Shown: positions 35,997-46,229 of the stretch, one piece after another | How the letters are laid out: each line of letters begins with the position of its first letter | Numbering within the stretch: the stretch's first letter is position 1 | NCBI GenBank assembly: GCA_937991435.1 | Contig: CALKPY010000028.1 | Span: forward strand, 15,924-79,923 | DNA: 64,000 nucleotides | Origin: an uncultured Acidimicrobiales bacterium | Lineage (GTDB): Bacteria > Actinomycetota > Acidimicrobiia > Acidimicrobiales > UBA10347 | Direction of reading: 5' to 3' | Position numbers and translations under genes: made by a program | Notes under the pieces: model-generated | What the model was told of the DNA's origin: nothing | The model's database searches: none | The model's input: the letters and a program-made list of their open reading frames with translations, nothing else

Positions 35997-36034
35997 TTAT
36001 GAATGTGTTCATTTATAACTGAACACATTCATAA
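35997..36034. promoter_or_regulatory. Perfect 15-bp inverted repeat, candidate TetR operator
   Basis: TTATGAATGTGTTCA (35997-36011) and TGAACACATTCATAA (36020-36034) are separated by an 8-nt spacer, TTTATAAC. This AT-rich island in GC-rich DNA lies 19 nt upstream of the SRPBCC start and in the gap to the divergent TetR gene. Confidence 0.65.
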
Positions 36035-36188
36035 CCGCAACCAACCAGCTACGATCACCCAAACAACAGATCCAACGACCTACACCGCGATGGAACGCAC
36101 CTCAACATGAAACACACGCCGCCTCAAATCCCGATACGCAAGACGAACCCCTGCACAGCTGGCACGGCCGCAGCGGGCCGGACCCATC

Positions 36189-36767
36189 ATGGGTAAGGCC
36201 GAGGCGACTGCTTTGCGAATCGTGACCGCAGCAGCGAAACGCTTTGCCACCCATGGCTTCGACGCCACAACGATTGCGCAGGTGGCGCAAGACGCCGACG
36301 TGGCAACGGGCACGGTGCTGTTGCACTTCGGCTCGAAGTCACAGCTAGCCACCGCCGCATTTGCCTCAGAAATTCAGCAAGCGGTTCGAGTCGCTGCGGC
36401 CGGTGCCCAACCAGGTGACGCGGTCAGCGAACTCACCCACATCGCGGAATCGTTGTACCGGTGGTACAGCGATCATCAGTCGATGCGCTCGACCTTGCTT
36501 CGCGAGGCGCTGTTCTCCGACGGGCCGTGGGCAGCCCGATACAACGAAACGGTAGAGGCCACGGCGGCGTTGTTCGGTGAAATCATCGCTCGCCATCAAC
36601 AGGCCGACACCCTTGATCGAGCTCTCGACACGCAGCTCCTCGCTCAAGGAACCCTGGCGGACTACCTGTTGGTGCTGATTCAAGGCCTGCGTGGCAGTTT
36701 CGCGGATGCTGCCGAGCAGACAGAACGTTTCCGTTCACTCACAGCGCAGCGCCTGCGTGTGAGCTAA
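36189..36767 (+). CDS. TetR-family transcriptional regulator
   Basis: The N-terminal HTH is AAAKRFATHGFDATTIAQVAQDADVATGTVLLHFGSK. The protein is 192 aa. Confidence 0.88.
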   Translation: MGKAEATALRIVTAAAKRFATHGFDATTIAQVAQDADVATGTVLLHFGSKSQLATAAFASEIQQAVRVAAAGAQPGDAVSELTHIAESLYRWYSDHQSMRSTLLREALFSDGPWAARYNETVEATAALFGEIIARHQQADTLDRALDTQLLAQGTLADYLLVLIQGLRGSFADAAEQTERFRSLTAQRLRVS

Positions 36768-36781
36768 CACGCGTAAGGCTG

Positions 36782-37609
36782 TCAGATCCGACGCTCGCGT
36801 AGAAGCACTTCCTGGGCTATCGAAGCGACGTGGGTGCCGTCTTGGCTAAACAGGTTTCCTACGGTCATGCCCCGCGCGCCTTGCAACCCGCGGCATTCCC
36901 ATTCATAGAGATGCCAATCGTCGGCCCGAACTGGGCGATGAAACCACATCGCGTGATCGAGGCTGGCCCCCACGAAAACCTCATGGTGGTCAGCTTCGGG
37001 AGCACGCAGGGGATGAAGCGACCGTGCCGCGGGAAACTGCAACGTGTCCGACGTAAACGCCAGCCCACACACGTGCAACGAGGGGTCGTCGCCAAGGGGG
37101 TCCGAAAGGCGCACCCATCCGATCGACTTGCTCGCGCCAGGGTAGATCTTCATGGCCCGGCGCTCCATGATCCACGGCCAACCGTCGGTGGGGTCTTGCA
37201 TATCTTCGGGCGCAGGCACCAACGGCATACGCGCGGTCTGCACATCGGCTTCTGCCTCGGTGCGTTGGAACGAACATGACAGGTGCAAGATCGCCCCGCC
37301 AGATTGACGGGCAACCACAGCGCGGGTGCAGAAGCTGCGCCCGTCACGTAAGCGATCGACCTCGAACCGGATTGGTTCGTCGTAGTTGCCCCCACGAATG
37401 AAATAGGCATGCAACGAATGAGGATGGAACTCTTCGTCAACCGTCTGAAGCGCAGCCCGCAACGCCTGGGCTACGACCTGTCCTCCGTAGACCCGCCCCC
37501 ACCGATACTTCGGGCTGCGACCAACCCACGTGTCGGGACCATGAGACTCGAGGGCAATCACCGCGGGGAACGTTGTCGGATATTCAGGAAGTTCTCGCCT
37601 GTCGGTCAC
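36782..37609 (-). CDS. tesB: Acyl-CoA thioesterase II (double hotdog, TesB-like)
   Basis: The 275-aa protein has motifs HSLHAYFIRGG and FEVDRLRDGRSFCTRAVVARQ, which are characteristic of TesB. Confidence 0.8.
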   Translation of the reverse strand: MTDRRELPEYPTTFPAVIALESHGPDTWVGRSPKYRWGRVYGGQVVAQALRAALQTVDEEFHPHSLHAYFIRGGNYDEPIRFEVDRLRDGRSFCTRAVVARQSGGAILHLSCSFQRTEAEADVQTARMPLVPAPEDMQDPTDGWPWIMERRAMKIYPGASKSIGWVRLSDPLGDDPSLHVCGLAFTSDTLQFPAARSLHPLRAPEADHHEVFVGASLDHAMWFHRPVRADDWHLYEWECRGLQGARGMTVGNLFSQDGTHVASIAQEVLLRERRI

Positions 37610-37737
37610 GCCACCAGCCTAGAACGCTTCGCACGCAGCAGCTTTCGCCCGGCGACAGCCACACGAACACCATCACTTTGTCGCAACCGCGTGCGAGTAT
37701 CTGCTGACAACACCCCGACCATGGGCCGTTTCTTCCT

Positions 37738-40700
37738 ATGCCAGTTCACATCACCACCGCCGAAAACATGCACAACCTCGCGCATGCACTTGCCGGCTCT
37801 GTTGGCGGGGTGCGCTCTGATCCGTTTGTTGAGGAACTCATCGTCGTTCCTTCTGCGGGATTGCAACGCTGGCTAGAGCAGCAACTCGCCGTCGAACTTG
37901 GCGTTGCTGCAAACCTGCGCTTCCTTTTGCCAGGTGCTTTGACTGCAAAGCTGCGGTCGATGAGCGGCGCAACAGAGAGCGACAGCTGGCGCCTCGATGC
38001 CATCACCGGGCAGGTGTTCAGACTCGGCAACCCATACGCCAGCGAAGACGCCACCGACTGGACAGGTGAACTTCAGGGGCCAGGTTCATGGATGGCTCGC
38101 GCCCGGTATATCGCTGACCTCTTTGACCGCTACGGCATGCACCGCCCGCACATGTTGCGTAACTGGGCTATCGGTAATGACGTCGGCGGTGACAGCGAAC
38201 CTCTTGCCGATGCGGCGGTCTGGCAGCCGAGGCTATGGCGAGCCGTTCGCGAGCAGCTCGGACCCGCTCCAGCTGAACAACTCATGAGCTTTCTGGCCGA
38301 TCTGGCGACGCACGACATGGCCCTGACCAAAGCAAGTCGGGTTCATGTGTTCGGGCTATCGGCCATGTCTGTCGAATTCGTGCAGGTACTGCGCGCACTC
38401 GCTGTTTCGACTGACATGCGCTTGTTCGTACCAGTCACATCAGATACCCGCGCGGGCTCAGTCCTGCGCGGCCAGGGCGAAGACCCAACACACCCGCTAC
38501 TCGCCACCTGGGGCCGAACCGAACGCGACGGGCTCGGACTACTACGCGAGCACCTTCCCGAGCCAGCGGCCGCCGCCGATCGACTCACCGTCGAGCCCAC
38601 TCTGGTATCGCTGCTCGGCCAGTTACAACAACAGATTCGCCTCGACGCGACGCCGTCGAACGCCGACGTCACTGCCGACACTTCAATGCAGTTCCACGCG
38701 TGTTCCGGCGAGTCCCGCCAAGTCGAGGTGTTGAAAGATGCGATCTTGCATCTGCTCAAGGCCGACGCCTCGCTCAACGAGTCTGACATCTTGGTCATGT
38801 GCCCGCAGTTGCGTCGTTATGCGCCGCTGATCGAAGCGAGTTGGGGCCTATCTGCGCGCCACGATGAATCGACGCCCGGCGATCGCGTGCCTTCTCTGCG
38901 CTATGCCATCAACCAAGGGTCGCTCAATCAGGCCGCTCCAATCATCGAAGCTCTTCAGCGACTCCTCGCTCTTGTTCGGGGGTCGGTTACTCACTCGGAA
39001 CTCGCGGCATTTCTTGCGCTCGAACCCGTCCGACTCCGATTCGGGTTCAGCGAGGACTACGACCTCGCTACTGCGACCGAGTGGCTTGGTCGCACCGCGA
39101 TGCGCTGGGGCCTCAACGTCGACCACCGGCAACGACGCGCCGATCTACCGACCCACTATCAGGCGCATACGCTCAAGCAATCGAGCACGGCGATTGTCGG
39201 CTCCATGGCATTTGACGAAGCCGAAATTATGCCTGCGGGGCCAGCAGCGATCCGTCTCGACCTGTCGCAGTTTGAATTGGCCGCGCAGCTGGGTGACCTC
39301 ACCACAACGCTCGAACAAATCGATCGAGAGTGGGTCGCCGGTCGACCGGCCGATGCCACGGTGTGGGTGCAGCGCCTCGACACGGCCTGCCGTCAGCTAT
39401 TCGCCGTTGCCGACACTGAACGTTGGCAGCTCGATGCGTTGCGCACCGTTATCGAATCGATACACACAGTTGCGCCTGACGACACCTTGTTGAGCATCGA
39501 TGACTTGGCCGATGCAATCGACGATGCGGTCGCCACCCGTTCTGGCTGGCGCCACTTTGGCACCGGCGCCATCATCATCGATCAACCACAAGCCCTGCGG
39601 GCGGTGCCTCACCGTGTCATTTGCCTGCTCGGCTTTGATGACGACGCCATACCCAGTCCTGGCACTTCAGGTGACGACCTGATTGCGTCCCATCCGCTGC
39701 CAGGTGATCGAGATCGCCGCCTCGAATCCAAGCAGCAACTTCTCGAGGCAGTGCTGAGCGCAACCGACACCTTCGTCGTGACCTTCTCGAGCCACAACAT
39801 TCACACCAACGCAGAAATCCCCCCATCGGTAGCCCTTCAGGAACTTCTCGACGCGGCCGCGACAGTTGCCGGAGTGCGACCGGGCCAGTTGATTCGTCAA
39901 CACGCGCGCCACAGGTGGGCGCCGTCCAACTTTGAATTGAGCAACCCATGGTCCTTCGACGGCTCCGCACTCGAAATCGAAGTTGCGCGACGAGCCCGGT
40001 CAAACGAACGTTGGGGGCCTGCTGATCCTCTACCCGCAGAGCAAATCGACGCGGTCAGCCTGCGCGAGTTGGTGTTAGCTGCGAGCGACCCAAGTTCCAT
40101 TTATGTTCGTGACCGCCTGGGCGTTTCACTCCCCCGCCCGGCCGAGCAACCTGGCGACCTATTGCCAGCATCACTCTCCACCCTCGAACGATGGTCGGTC
40201 GGCAACGGCCTGTTACATGCGCGAGCCAAAGGGCAATCAGCACAACAATGGGAACAACATGCACGTTCAGCAGGTCATCTGCCGCCAGGCGCACTTGGTA
40301 AGGCCGAGGCTGCCGACGCCGAAGAGAATGTCGACACGCTCCTCGACGCCGTGCGCCAGATCACCGGAGTTGACTACACCTCGGTGACATCTTCGTTGCA
40401 ACCGATCAGTCTCGAAATACGCGGTACAAAAGTGCTTGGTCTCGTCGAGCTGTTGAACGACCAGGTTCTGAGGGTCAGATGGTCCAGCCGCAAAGGAGCC
40501 GACGATCTCGCGCTCTGGATCGACGCTCTTGTTCTGTCCCAAATCGGCCATTTCGAGCCGGCATTTTGGTTCTCAAGAAAGTCCAAGTCACTGCAGGTAC
40601 TCCGGTGTCGAATCAATCCCGATGCCCAAGCCGCTTGCCAGACCGCTCTTGCATACCTGTGCGACCTCCATCGCCAGGCGCGCCGCGAGCCGATTGCATT

Positions 40701-40929
40701 GTTCCCAAACACCACGCGCGACATTGCGAACAATGACCTCAAGTCGGCCAGACAAAGCTGGAAACACCGCACGTTCTCTTCAGGCGACAGCGATCGCGCC
40801 GAAATCGCCACCATGTTCGCTGGCGTTGCCTTTGACGACCTATTACGTGATCCAATCAATGCTCAAGACCAAGCCGCTGAGCTTCACCACCACATCGCCG
40901 CAACAACCTCAGACTGGTCCGACTCGTGA
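37738..40929 (+). CDS. recC: Exodeoxyribonuclease V gamma subunit (RecC)
   Basis: The 1063-aa protein has the N-terminal stretch ELIVVPSAGLQRWLEQQLA, typical of RecC. It is followed by recB and recD with overlapping stop/start codons. Confidence 0.88.
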   Translation: MPVHITTAENMHNLAHALAGSVGGVRSDPFVEELIVVPSAGLQRWLEQQLAVELGVAANLRFLLPGALTAKLRSMSGATESDSWRLDAITGQVFRLGNPYASEDATDWTGELQGPGSWMARARYIADLFDRYGMHRPHMLRNWAIGNDVGGDSEPLADAAVWQPRLWRAVREQLGPAPAEQLMSFLADLATHDMALTKASRVHVFGLSAMSVEFVQVLRALAVSTDMRLFVPVTSDTRAGSVLRGQGEDPTHPLLATWGRTERDGLGLLREHLPEPAAAADRLTVEPTLVSLLGQLQQQIRLDATPSNADVTADTSMQFHACSGESRQVEVLKDAILHLLKADASLNESDILVMCPQLRRYAPLIEASWGLSARHDESTPGDRVPSLRYAINQGSLNQAAPIIEALQRLLALVRGSVTHSELAAFLALEPVRLRFGFSEDYDLATATEWLGRTAMRWGLNVDHRQRRADLPTHYQAHTLKQSSTAIVGSMAFDEAEIMPAGPAAIRLDLSQFELAAQLGDLTTTLEQIDREWVAGRPADATVWVQRLDTACRQLFAVADTERWQLDALRTVIESIHTVAPDDTLLSIDDLADAIDDAVATRSGWRHFGTGAIIIDQPQALRAVPHRVICLLGFDDDAIPSPGTSGDDLIASHPLPGDRDRRLESKQQLLEAVLSATDTFVVTFSSHNIHTNAEIPPSVALQELLDAAATVAGVRPGQLIRQHARHRWAPSNFELSNPWSFDGSALEIEVARRARSNERWGPADPLPAEQIDAVSLRELVLAASDPSSIYVRDRLGVSLPRPAEQPGDLLPASLSTLERWSVGNGLLHARAKGQSAQQWEQHARSAGHLPPGALGKAEAADAEENVDTLLDAVRQITGVDYTSVTSSLQPISLEIRGTKVLGLVELLNDQVLRVRWSSRKGADDLALWIDALVLSQIGHFEPAFWFSRKSKSLQVLRCRINPDAQAACQTALAYLCDLHRQARREPIALFPNTTRDIANNDLKSARQSWKHRTFSSGDSDRAEIATMFAGVAFDDLLRDPINAQDQAAELHHHIAATTSDWSDS

Positions 40930-43900
40930 CCGCCCCACTCCTCGACACCGCAATCGCCTTGCCACATACTGGGCTCCACTTCATCGAAGCGAGCGCTGGC
41001 ACCGGCAAGACCTACACCCTGGCAACCTTGGCGGCCCGCTGGATTGCTCAGACTGAAATCCCAACGTCACAGCTGCTAGTGGTTACGTTCACCCGCGACG
41101 CTGCAGCCGAACTTCGGAGCCGCGTCAGGAACCGCCTCACCGACCTTGATCGCTCACTCTCTAGCGACGACCAACCAACCAACGACGATCTCGCCGCCTA
41201 CTTGCGGCAGTCACCCGACTGCAGATTGCATCGCGCACGTATCGCAACCGCTATCCGCGACTTTGATCAAGCGACGATCACGACAATCCACAGCTTCTGT
41301 CAGCAGTTGCTCGCACGTTCCGGACTTGAAGGAAACCCCCGTTTCCGGTTGCGCAGCGACGTCGCAAGTATCGAAGCTGACGTGCTGATGAACAGCCTGA
41401 CGGCTCGGTCCTTCGCTATCGATGACGCTGGTGTTCTACCCACCGCAAATCTTCTCGTCAATGGGTTGGCTCAGGCTCGCAACCACCCCGACACGCCGTT
41501 GGCTCCGGGCGACCGAGAGTTCAACGAGCGACGTGCTGCGCTTGACCGCGTCATGGAGATCCTTGACTCTCACGGCGGCCAACCCCAAGACCTGAACAGC
41601 GCTGAAGCGCTCGAAGCACTCGATCTTTGGCAACAGCACGGATCCGCCGAGACCCTGATGTCGAACCGCACGAAGGTCGACCCACGTACCAAAGTCGTCA
41701 ATGCCATGACCGAGTTGCGCAAAGCTGCAATCACCGCCCAAGTGATCGCGTCGTCTCGCGACACGCTCGAACATCGACTCGCAGACCAGGGTGAGCTCGG
41801 GTTTGCTGACCTATTACTTCAGGCTCGTTCGCTAATCACCGGGTCAACCGCGACGCAGGCAGAGTTATCAGCGCGATGGTCGGTCGTGTTCATCGATGAA
41901 TTCCAAGACACCGACCCCACGCAATGGGACATCATCGCATCGATGCTCGAGGCATCGAATCCATCACGTCCGACAGCAGTCGTCGTGGGCGATCCGAAAC
42001 AGGCGATTTACCGCTTTCGCGGTGGTGACATCAATACGTATCAGAGAGCTAAAAACACGCCCGATTCAACGTTGACGACCCTCGATGTCAATTGGCGATC
42101 TTCGCCAGAACTCATCGCAGCGACGAACACACTGTTGGCCGACACCACCTACGGGCCGGGGGTGACCTACGGCTCGATCCGCGCTCCCAAAACACCGCTC
42201 GACATCGAACGGTGCGTTCCCGACGGCGCCCCGATCCAAGCCCGATTGATTGCCCAAGGTTCTGCTGATGACCGCAAGCGCTCAGTAGCGCACGACCTCG
42301 CGATCGAAATACGCAACCTCGTAGCCGACTCAGCACTTGGCTACCGCGACGTTGCAGTGCTTTACAAGGCGCACGCAGACGCACCGGCACTGCTTCGTTC
42401 TCTTCGCGATGTCGGTATTCCTGCGACGATTGGCCGTGGCGAAAGCGTGCTCGATTCACCGGCCGTTCGGCTGTGGCTCACGCTGCTGACCGCGATCGAG
42501 CGCCCGACCGACGCTCGTCGAGTTCGCGCCGCTGCACTGTCGGCCATGTTCGGACACACCGCCGAGCAACTTCTCGACCCTGAGAATGTTCGCAAGCTAC
42601 AGGGTCGACTCCAAACCCTCGCCGCCACCCTTGAGCACCATGGCGTCGCTTGGCTGACCTCAGTTTTGATGCGCTCAGACAACATGGCCATCCACCTCAT
42701 GGGTGCTCCCGACGGCGAGCGCCTTCTGGTCGACACAGAGCACATCGCGGAGCTCCTACATCTCGCGACAGACGGAGCGGCCACCACTGCGACCACCTTG
42801 ATCGCAACGCTCGGCGAACTCGTTGTCTCCGATCCCGACGACGTCGACTATGCGGCAGACCTGATGAAACGCCGGCTGACGACCGACACCGACGAAGACG
42901 TCGTACGTCTTATGTCGATGCATGCCGCCAAAGGACTTGAATTCGAAGTCGTCTACTTGCCCACACTTTGGACAGCGACAATTCCCACTGCGCCGCATCA
43001 CTACATCGACGACGACAGTCGGCCCGTGCTTCGATTCGGCAAGAAGATGCTCGACGAAGCCGCATACGTTCTCGCTGCACGTGAAACGCTCGACGAGAAC
43101 TGCCGACTCGCGTATGTGGCTCTGACCCGTGCACGCCAGCGAGTCGTGCTCTGGTGGCCAGAGCAACCAGCTAATGCCAAGCCGCCCAAGCCCAATGAGT
43201 TCAAGAACGGGTTCGAGCGGTTAATGGCCGAACGAGCACACGCACTTGGACTCGCGGATCCCCACCCAGAGCGCGTGCTGCAACGCATCGCCGAACTTCA
43301 TCCCGAGTCGCTGCAGGTGACAATCGCTGCAGCCGCCGCCGATCTAGGTTCTATCGAAAAGTCAGCGCCTCAGGTCGATTTGGTGACAGACATGCGAGCG
43401 GCGCAGCTCGACCGCGAACTTGACCGAAGCGCTTCGCGCTTGTCTTTCTCGCGCATCTCGGGCGTTGCCTTTCCCTATGACGACCGGGCCCACATCGCAA
43501 CCGACCCGCAACTTGGCGACGACGCAGGCAGCCTTGACGAAAACCCCGACGAAATCCTTGACCCCGTCGTGGTCCCGAGCACCAATGAGGTGCCGCTCGC
43601 CGTTCTTCCCGCCGGCAAGCAGGCAGGAACGCGCTTGCATACCATCTTCGAACACATCGACTTTGGCCAACCTCAGCCGGTGCTCGCCGATCAGGTCGAG
43701 CGCGAATTCAGCAACGAACTCGAACCCGACGACCTGCTAAGGGTGCAACGCGGAATTGCTGCAGCGCTACAGACCCCATTGGGGGCGGCGATAGACCAGG
43801 TGCGTCTGGCCGATATTCATTATGACGACCGGCTCGATGAAATGCAGTTTGACCTGGCACTTCGTGGTGCAGCCTCAAGCCCGGCCACACTTCCGCTGCT

Positions 43901-44408
43901 TTCTGACATCATCGTCGCTCACCTCGACCCCGATGACGCTGACGACGATGTCATCAGAGCCTGGGCGTTGGGGCTCCGCGACCCGGCTCGCACGGTTCGA
44001 TTCGCAGGCTTCCTCACGGGTTCAATCGACCTGCTGTTTCGCGTGCCGACAAGCGACGGCGACTTGAAGTACGTGGTGGCCGATTACAAGTCGAACAAGG
44101 TCGCCCGGTGGCCCGAGCAGATGACTCCTGAGGTGTACCAACGTGAGCGACTCGGCCATGAAATGGTGCACGGGCAATACCTGCTCCAGGCATTGTTGTA
44201 CCTGGTCGCAGCCAATCGGTTCCTCAAACAACGCGTCGAAAACTATGACGCCGACAAGCAACTCGGACCCGCGTTGTATCTGTTCGTTCGTGGCATGACC
44301 GGCGCCCAAGGCAGTGACGGCGCCCCATTTGGCGTCTTCTCATGGCGTCCGGCGACAGCAATGATCGAAGCTGTCGACACCGCTCTATTGGCACCGGTGA
44401 CGTCATGA
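40926..44408 (+). CDS. recB: Exodeoxyribonuclease V beta subunit (RecB helicase-nuclease)
   Basis: The start overlaps the upstream stop as GTGA. It has Walker A EASAGTGKTYTL and UvrD-type motifs (FIDEFQDTD, VGDPKQAIYRFRGGD). The C-terminal PD-(D/E)xK nuclease motif is GSIDLLFR...YVVADYKSN. Confidence 0.92.
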   Translation: MTAPLLDTAIALPHTGLHFIEASAGTGKTYTLATLAARWIAQTEIPTSQLLVVTFTRDAAAELRSRVRNRLTDLDRSLSSDDQPTNDDLAAYLRQSPDCRLHRARIATAIRDFDQATITTIHSFCQQLLARSGLEGNPRFRLRSDVASIEADVLMNSLTARSFAIDDAGVLPTANLLVNGLAQARNHPDTPLAPGDREFNERRAALDRVMEILDSHGGQPQDLNSAEALEALDLWQQHGSAETLMSNRTKVDPRTKVVNAMTELRKAAITAQVIASSRDTLEHRLADQGELGFADLLLQARSLITGSTATQAELSARWSVVFIDEFQDTDPTQWDIIASMLEASNPSRPTAVVVGDPKQAIYRFRGGDINTYQRAKNTPDSTLTTLDVNWRSSPELIAATNTLLADTTYGPGVTYGSIRAPKTPLDIERCVPDGAPIQARLIAQGSADDRKRSVAHDLAIEIRNLVADSALGYRDVAVLYKAHADAPALLRSLRDVGIPATIGRGESVLDSPAVRLWLTLLTAIERPTDARRVRAAALSAMFGHTAEQLLDPENVRKLQGRLQTLAATLEHHGVAWLTSVLMRSDNMAIHLMGAPDGERLLVDTEHIAELLHLATDGAATTATTLIATLGELVVSDPDDVDYAADLMKRRLTTDTDEDVVRLMSMHAAKGLEFEVVYLPTLWTATIPTAPHHYIDDDSRPVLRFGKKMLDEAAYVLAARETLDENCRLAYVALTRARQRVVLWWPEQPANAKPPKPNEFKNGFERLMAERAHALGLADPHPERVLQRIAELHPESLQVTIAAAAADLGSIEKSAPQVDLVTDMRAAQLDRELDRSASRLSFSRISGVAFPYDDRAHIATDPQLGDDAGSLDENPDEILDPVVVPSTNEVPLAVLPAGKQAGTRLHTIFEHIDFGQPQPVLADQVEREFSNELEPDDLLRVQRGIAAALQTPLGAAIDQVRLADIHYDDRLDEMQFDLALRGAASSPATLPLLSDIIVAHLDPDDADDDVIRAWALGLRDPARTVRFAGFLTGSIDLLFRVPTSDGDLKYVVADYKSNKVARWPEQMTPEVYQRERLGHEMVHGQYLLQALLYLVAANRFLKQRVENYDADKQLGPALYLFVRGMTGAQGSDGAPFGVFSWRPATAMIEAVDTALLAPVTS

Positions 44409-46210
44409 CCGAAACCAGTCTCGTCAGCTTCACCATGAACGATCTCATCAATGCAGGCCTGGTCAGTCGGGCCGGCGTCAACTTCGCTCACTACATCGCA
44501 TCCGATTCGTCACTAACGGTTCAGATAGCCGCGGCTCTCGCAGTTACCGCCACCCAGCGCAGCCATTCAAACCTCGACTTGGCGCGCATCGCAGATGATC
44601 TCGGAGATCACGTTGCCTGGCCCTCGATCGAGACCTGGGTTTCTGAGCTCGAACAGAGCCCACTCGTGCAGCGTCTCAGCGCAAGTCACCCGGCAACCCA
44701 CGACTTTGATCGCGCTGCGTTCGATCCCCCGTCGAGCGACGGGCCGCCGCTCACATTGCGTGGCACACAACTGTTCCTTCGACGGTTCGATCATGACGAA
44801 CAGCAGATCGCGCGAACTCTGAGCTACCTGTTGACGAGAGATGACGACGCAACCCGACCTCATAACCTGAGCGCTCTGTTCGCAACCTCCGAACGGGATC
44901 CCAGCAATACGTCACTGCAGGCCGCTGAACTACTCGTATCTGGCGCGTTATCGGTTCTGACCGGCGGCCCAGGCACCGGCAAGACCTTCACGATTGCCCG
45001 CACGATTGCCGCGATGTGGCAGGTGAACCCTGACACCACCATCGCGCTGGCGGCGCCGACCGGCAAGGCTGCGATGCGCATGAAACAAGCCGTGCTGCAG
45101 GCGATTCCATCGGTCGACGGGCAGCTGTCACAACAGTTACAGGAACTCGAAGCCCACACCCTGCACAGGTTGCTCGGACTCCGTCCTGGCCAACCCCCGC
45201 GCCACTCGAGGTACAGCCCGCTTCCTCACGACGTGGTGATCGTTGACGAGGTGTCGATGGTGTCGCTACCGCTGATGGCGGATCTCATGCAGGCGTTGCG
45301 ACCCGACGCCCGGTTGATACTTGTAGGCGACCCGCATCAGCTGGCAAGCGTCGAAGCTGGCTCCATTCTTCGCGACCTTGTGGATCATCGCGCACCCACA
45401 CGAACCCGAGTGGCCGAACTCACCGTCAATCACCGCTCTGTTCCGCTTCTCGAAACTCTTTTTTCAGCGGTCAACCGTGGCGATGGCGATGAGGTGGTCG
45501 AGATATTGCGATCCGCCGACCCAGCTGTCATCCAGTGGATCGAGACTGCTGACGACGCGACGATTCCCGAGATCGACGCGGCAACCGACGATCTCTTGAG
45601 ACGCGTCGTCACACCGCATGCTCTCGGGCTCATCGCTGCAGCTCGGGTCGAAACCATCGAGATTGCGCATGCGGAACTCGTCGACACGAAACTTCTCTGC
45701 GCCACTCGCAATGGCGCGCTTGGGTCCGGGCGGTGGCAGCTTCGAGTCGAGCGCATGCTGCGTCCGAAATCCGAGCGACATCGCACCTGGTATGTCGGTC
45801 GCCCCGTAATGGCCACGCGCAACGACTACATCACCGGCCTACTCAACGGAGACGCCGGCGTTTGTCTAGGCGACACCGTTTCGTTTCCGGACTCAGGCAA
45901 TTTCGGCATCGAGCAGCTGCATGACATTGAAACCTGGTGGGCAATGACGATTCACAAAAGCCAAGGATCAGAGTTTCGCCATGCCATCGTCAGCCTTGAC
46001 GCTGCGACTCGGCTGAACACCCGCGAGCTGCTGTACACCGCAATCACTCGAGCCAAAGAACAGCTCACGGTCGTGGCCAGCGAAGCAACGTTGCGCCAGG
46101 CGACCAAGCGACAAGCGGTGCGATCGTCGGGGTTGCTCGACAAATTGGCTGCGGCATCAGAAGCATCTATCGAGCCGAAGCCGGCGCAGCTCAGCCTCGA
46201 ACTCGGGTAG
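44405..46210 (+). CDS. recD: Exodeoxyribonuclease V alpha subunit (RecD)
   Basis: ORF 44342..46210 is trimmed to ATG 44405, which overlaps the recB stop as ATGA. Motifs are Walker A GGPGTGKTFT, VIVDEVSMV, MTIHKSQGSEF and YTAITRAK. Confidence 0.9.
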   Translation: MTETSLVSFTMNDLINAGLVSRAGVNFAHYIASDSSLTVQIAAALAVTATQRSHSNLDLARIADDLGDHVAWPSIETWVSELEQSPLVQRLSASHPATHDFDRAAFDPPSSDGPPLTLRGTQLFLRRFDHDEQQIARTLSYLLTRDDDATRPHNLSALFATSERDPSNTSLQAAELLVSGALSVLTGGPGTGKTFTIARTIAAMWQVNPDTTIALAAPTGKAAMRMKQAVLQAIPSVDGQLSQQLQELEAHTLHRLLGLRPGQPPRHSRYSPLPHDVVIVDEVSMVSLPLMADLMQALRPDARLILVGDPHQLASVEAGSILRDLVDHRAPTRTRVAELTVNHRSVPLLETLFSAVNRGDGDEVVEILRSADPAVIQWIETADDATIPEIDAATDDLLRRVVTPHALGLIAAARVETIEIAHAELVDTKLLCATRNGALGSGRWQLRVERMLRPKSERHRTWYVGRPVMATRNDYITGLLNGDAGVCLGDTVSFPDSGNFGIEQLHDIETWWAMTIHKSQGSEFRHAIVSLDAATRLNTRELLYTAITRAKEQLTVVASEATLRQATKRQAVRSSGLLDKLAAASEASIEPKPAQLSLELG

Positions 46211-46229
46211 CACGCGCACGCGGTCGCTG

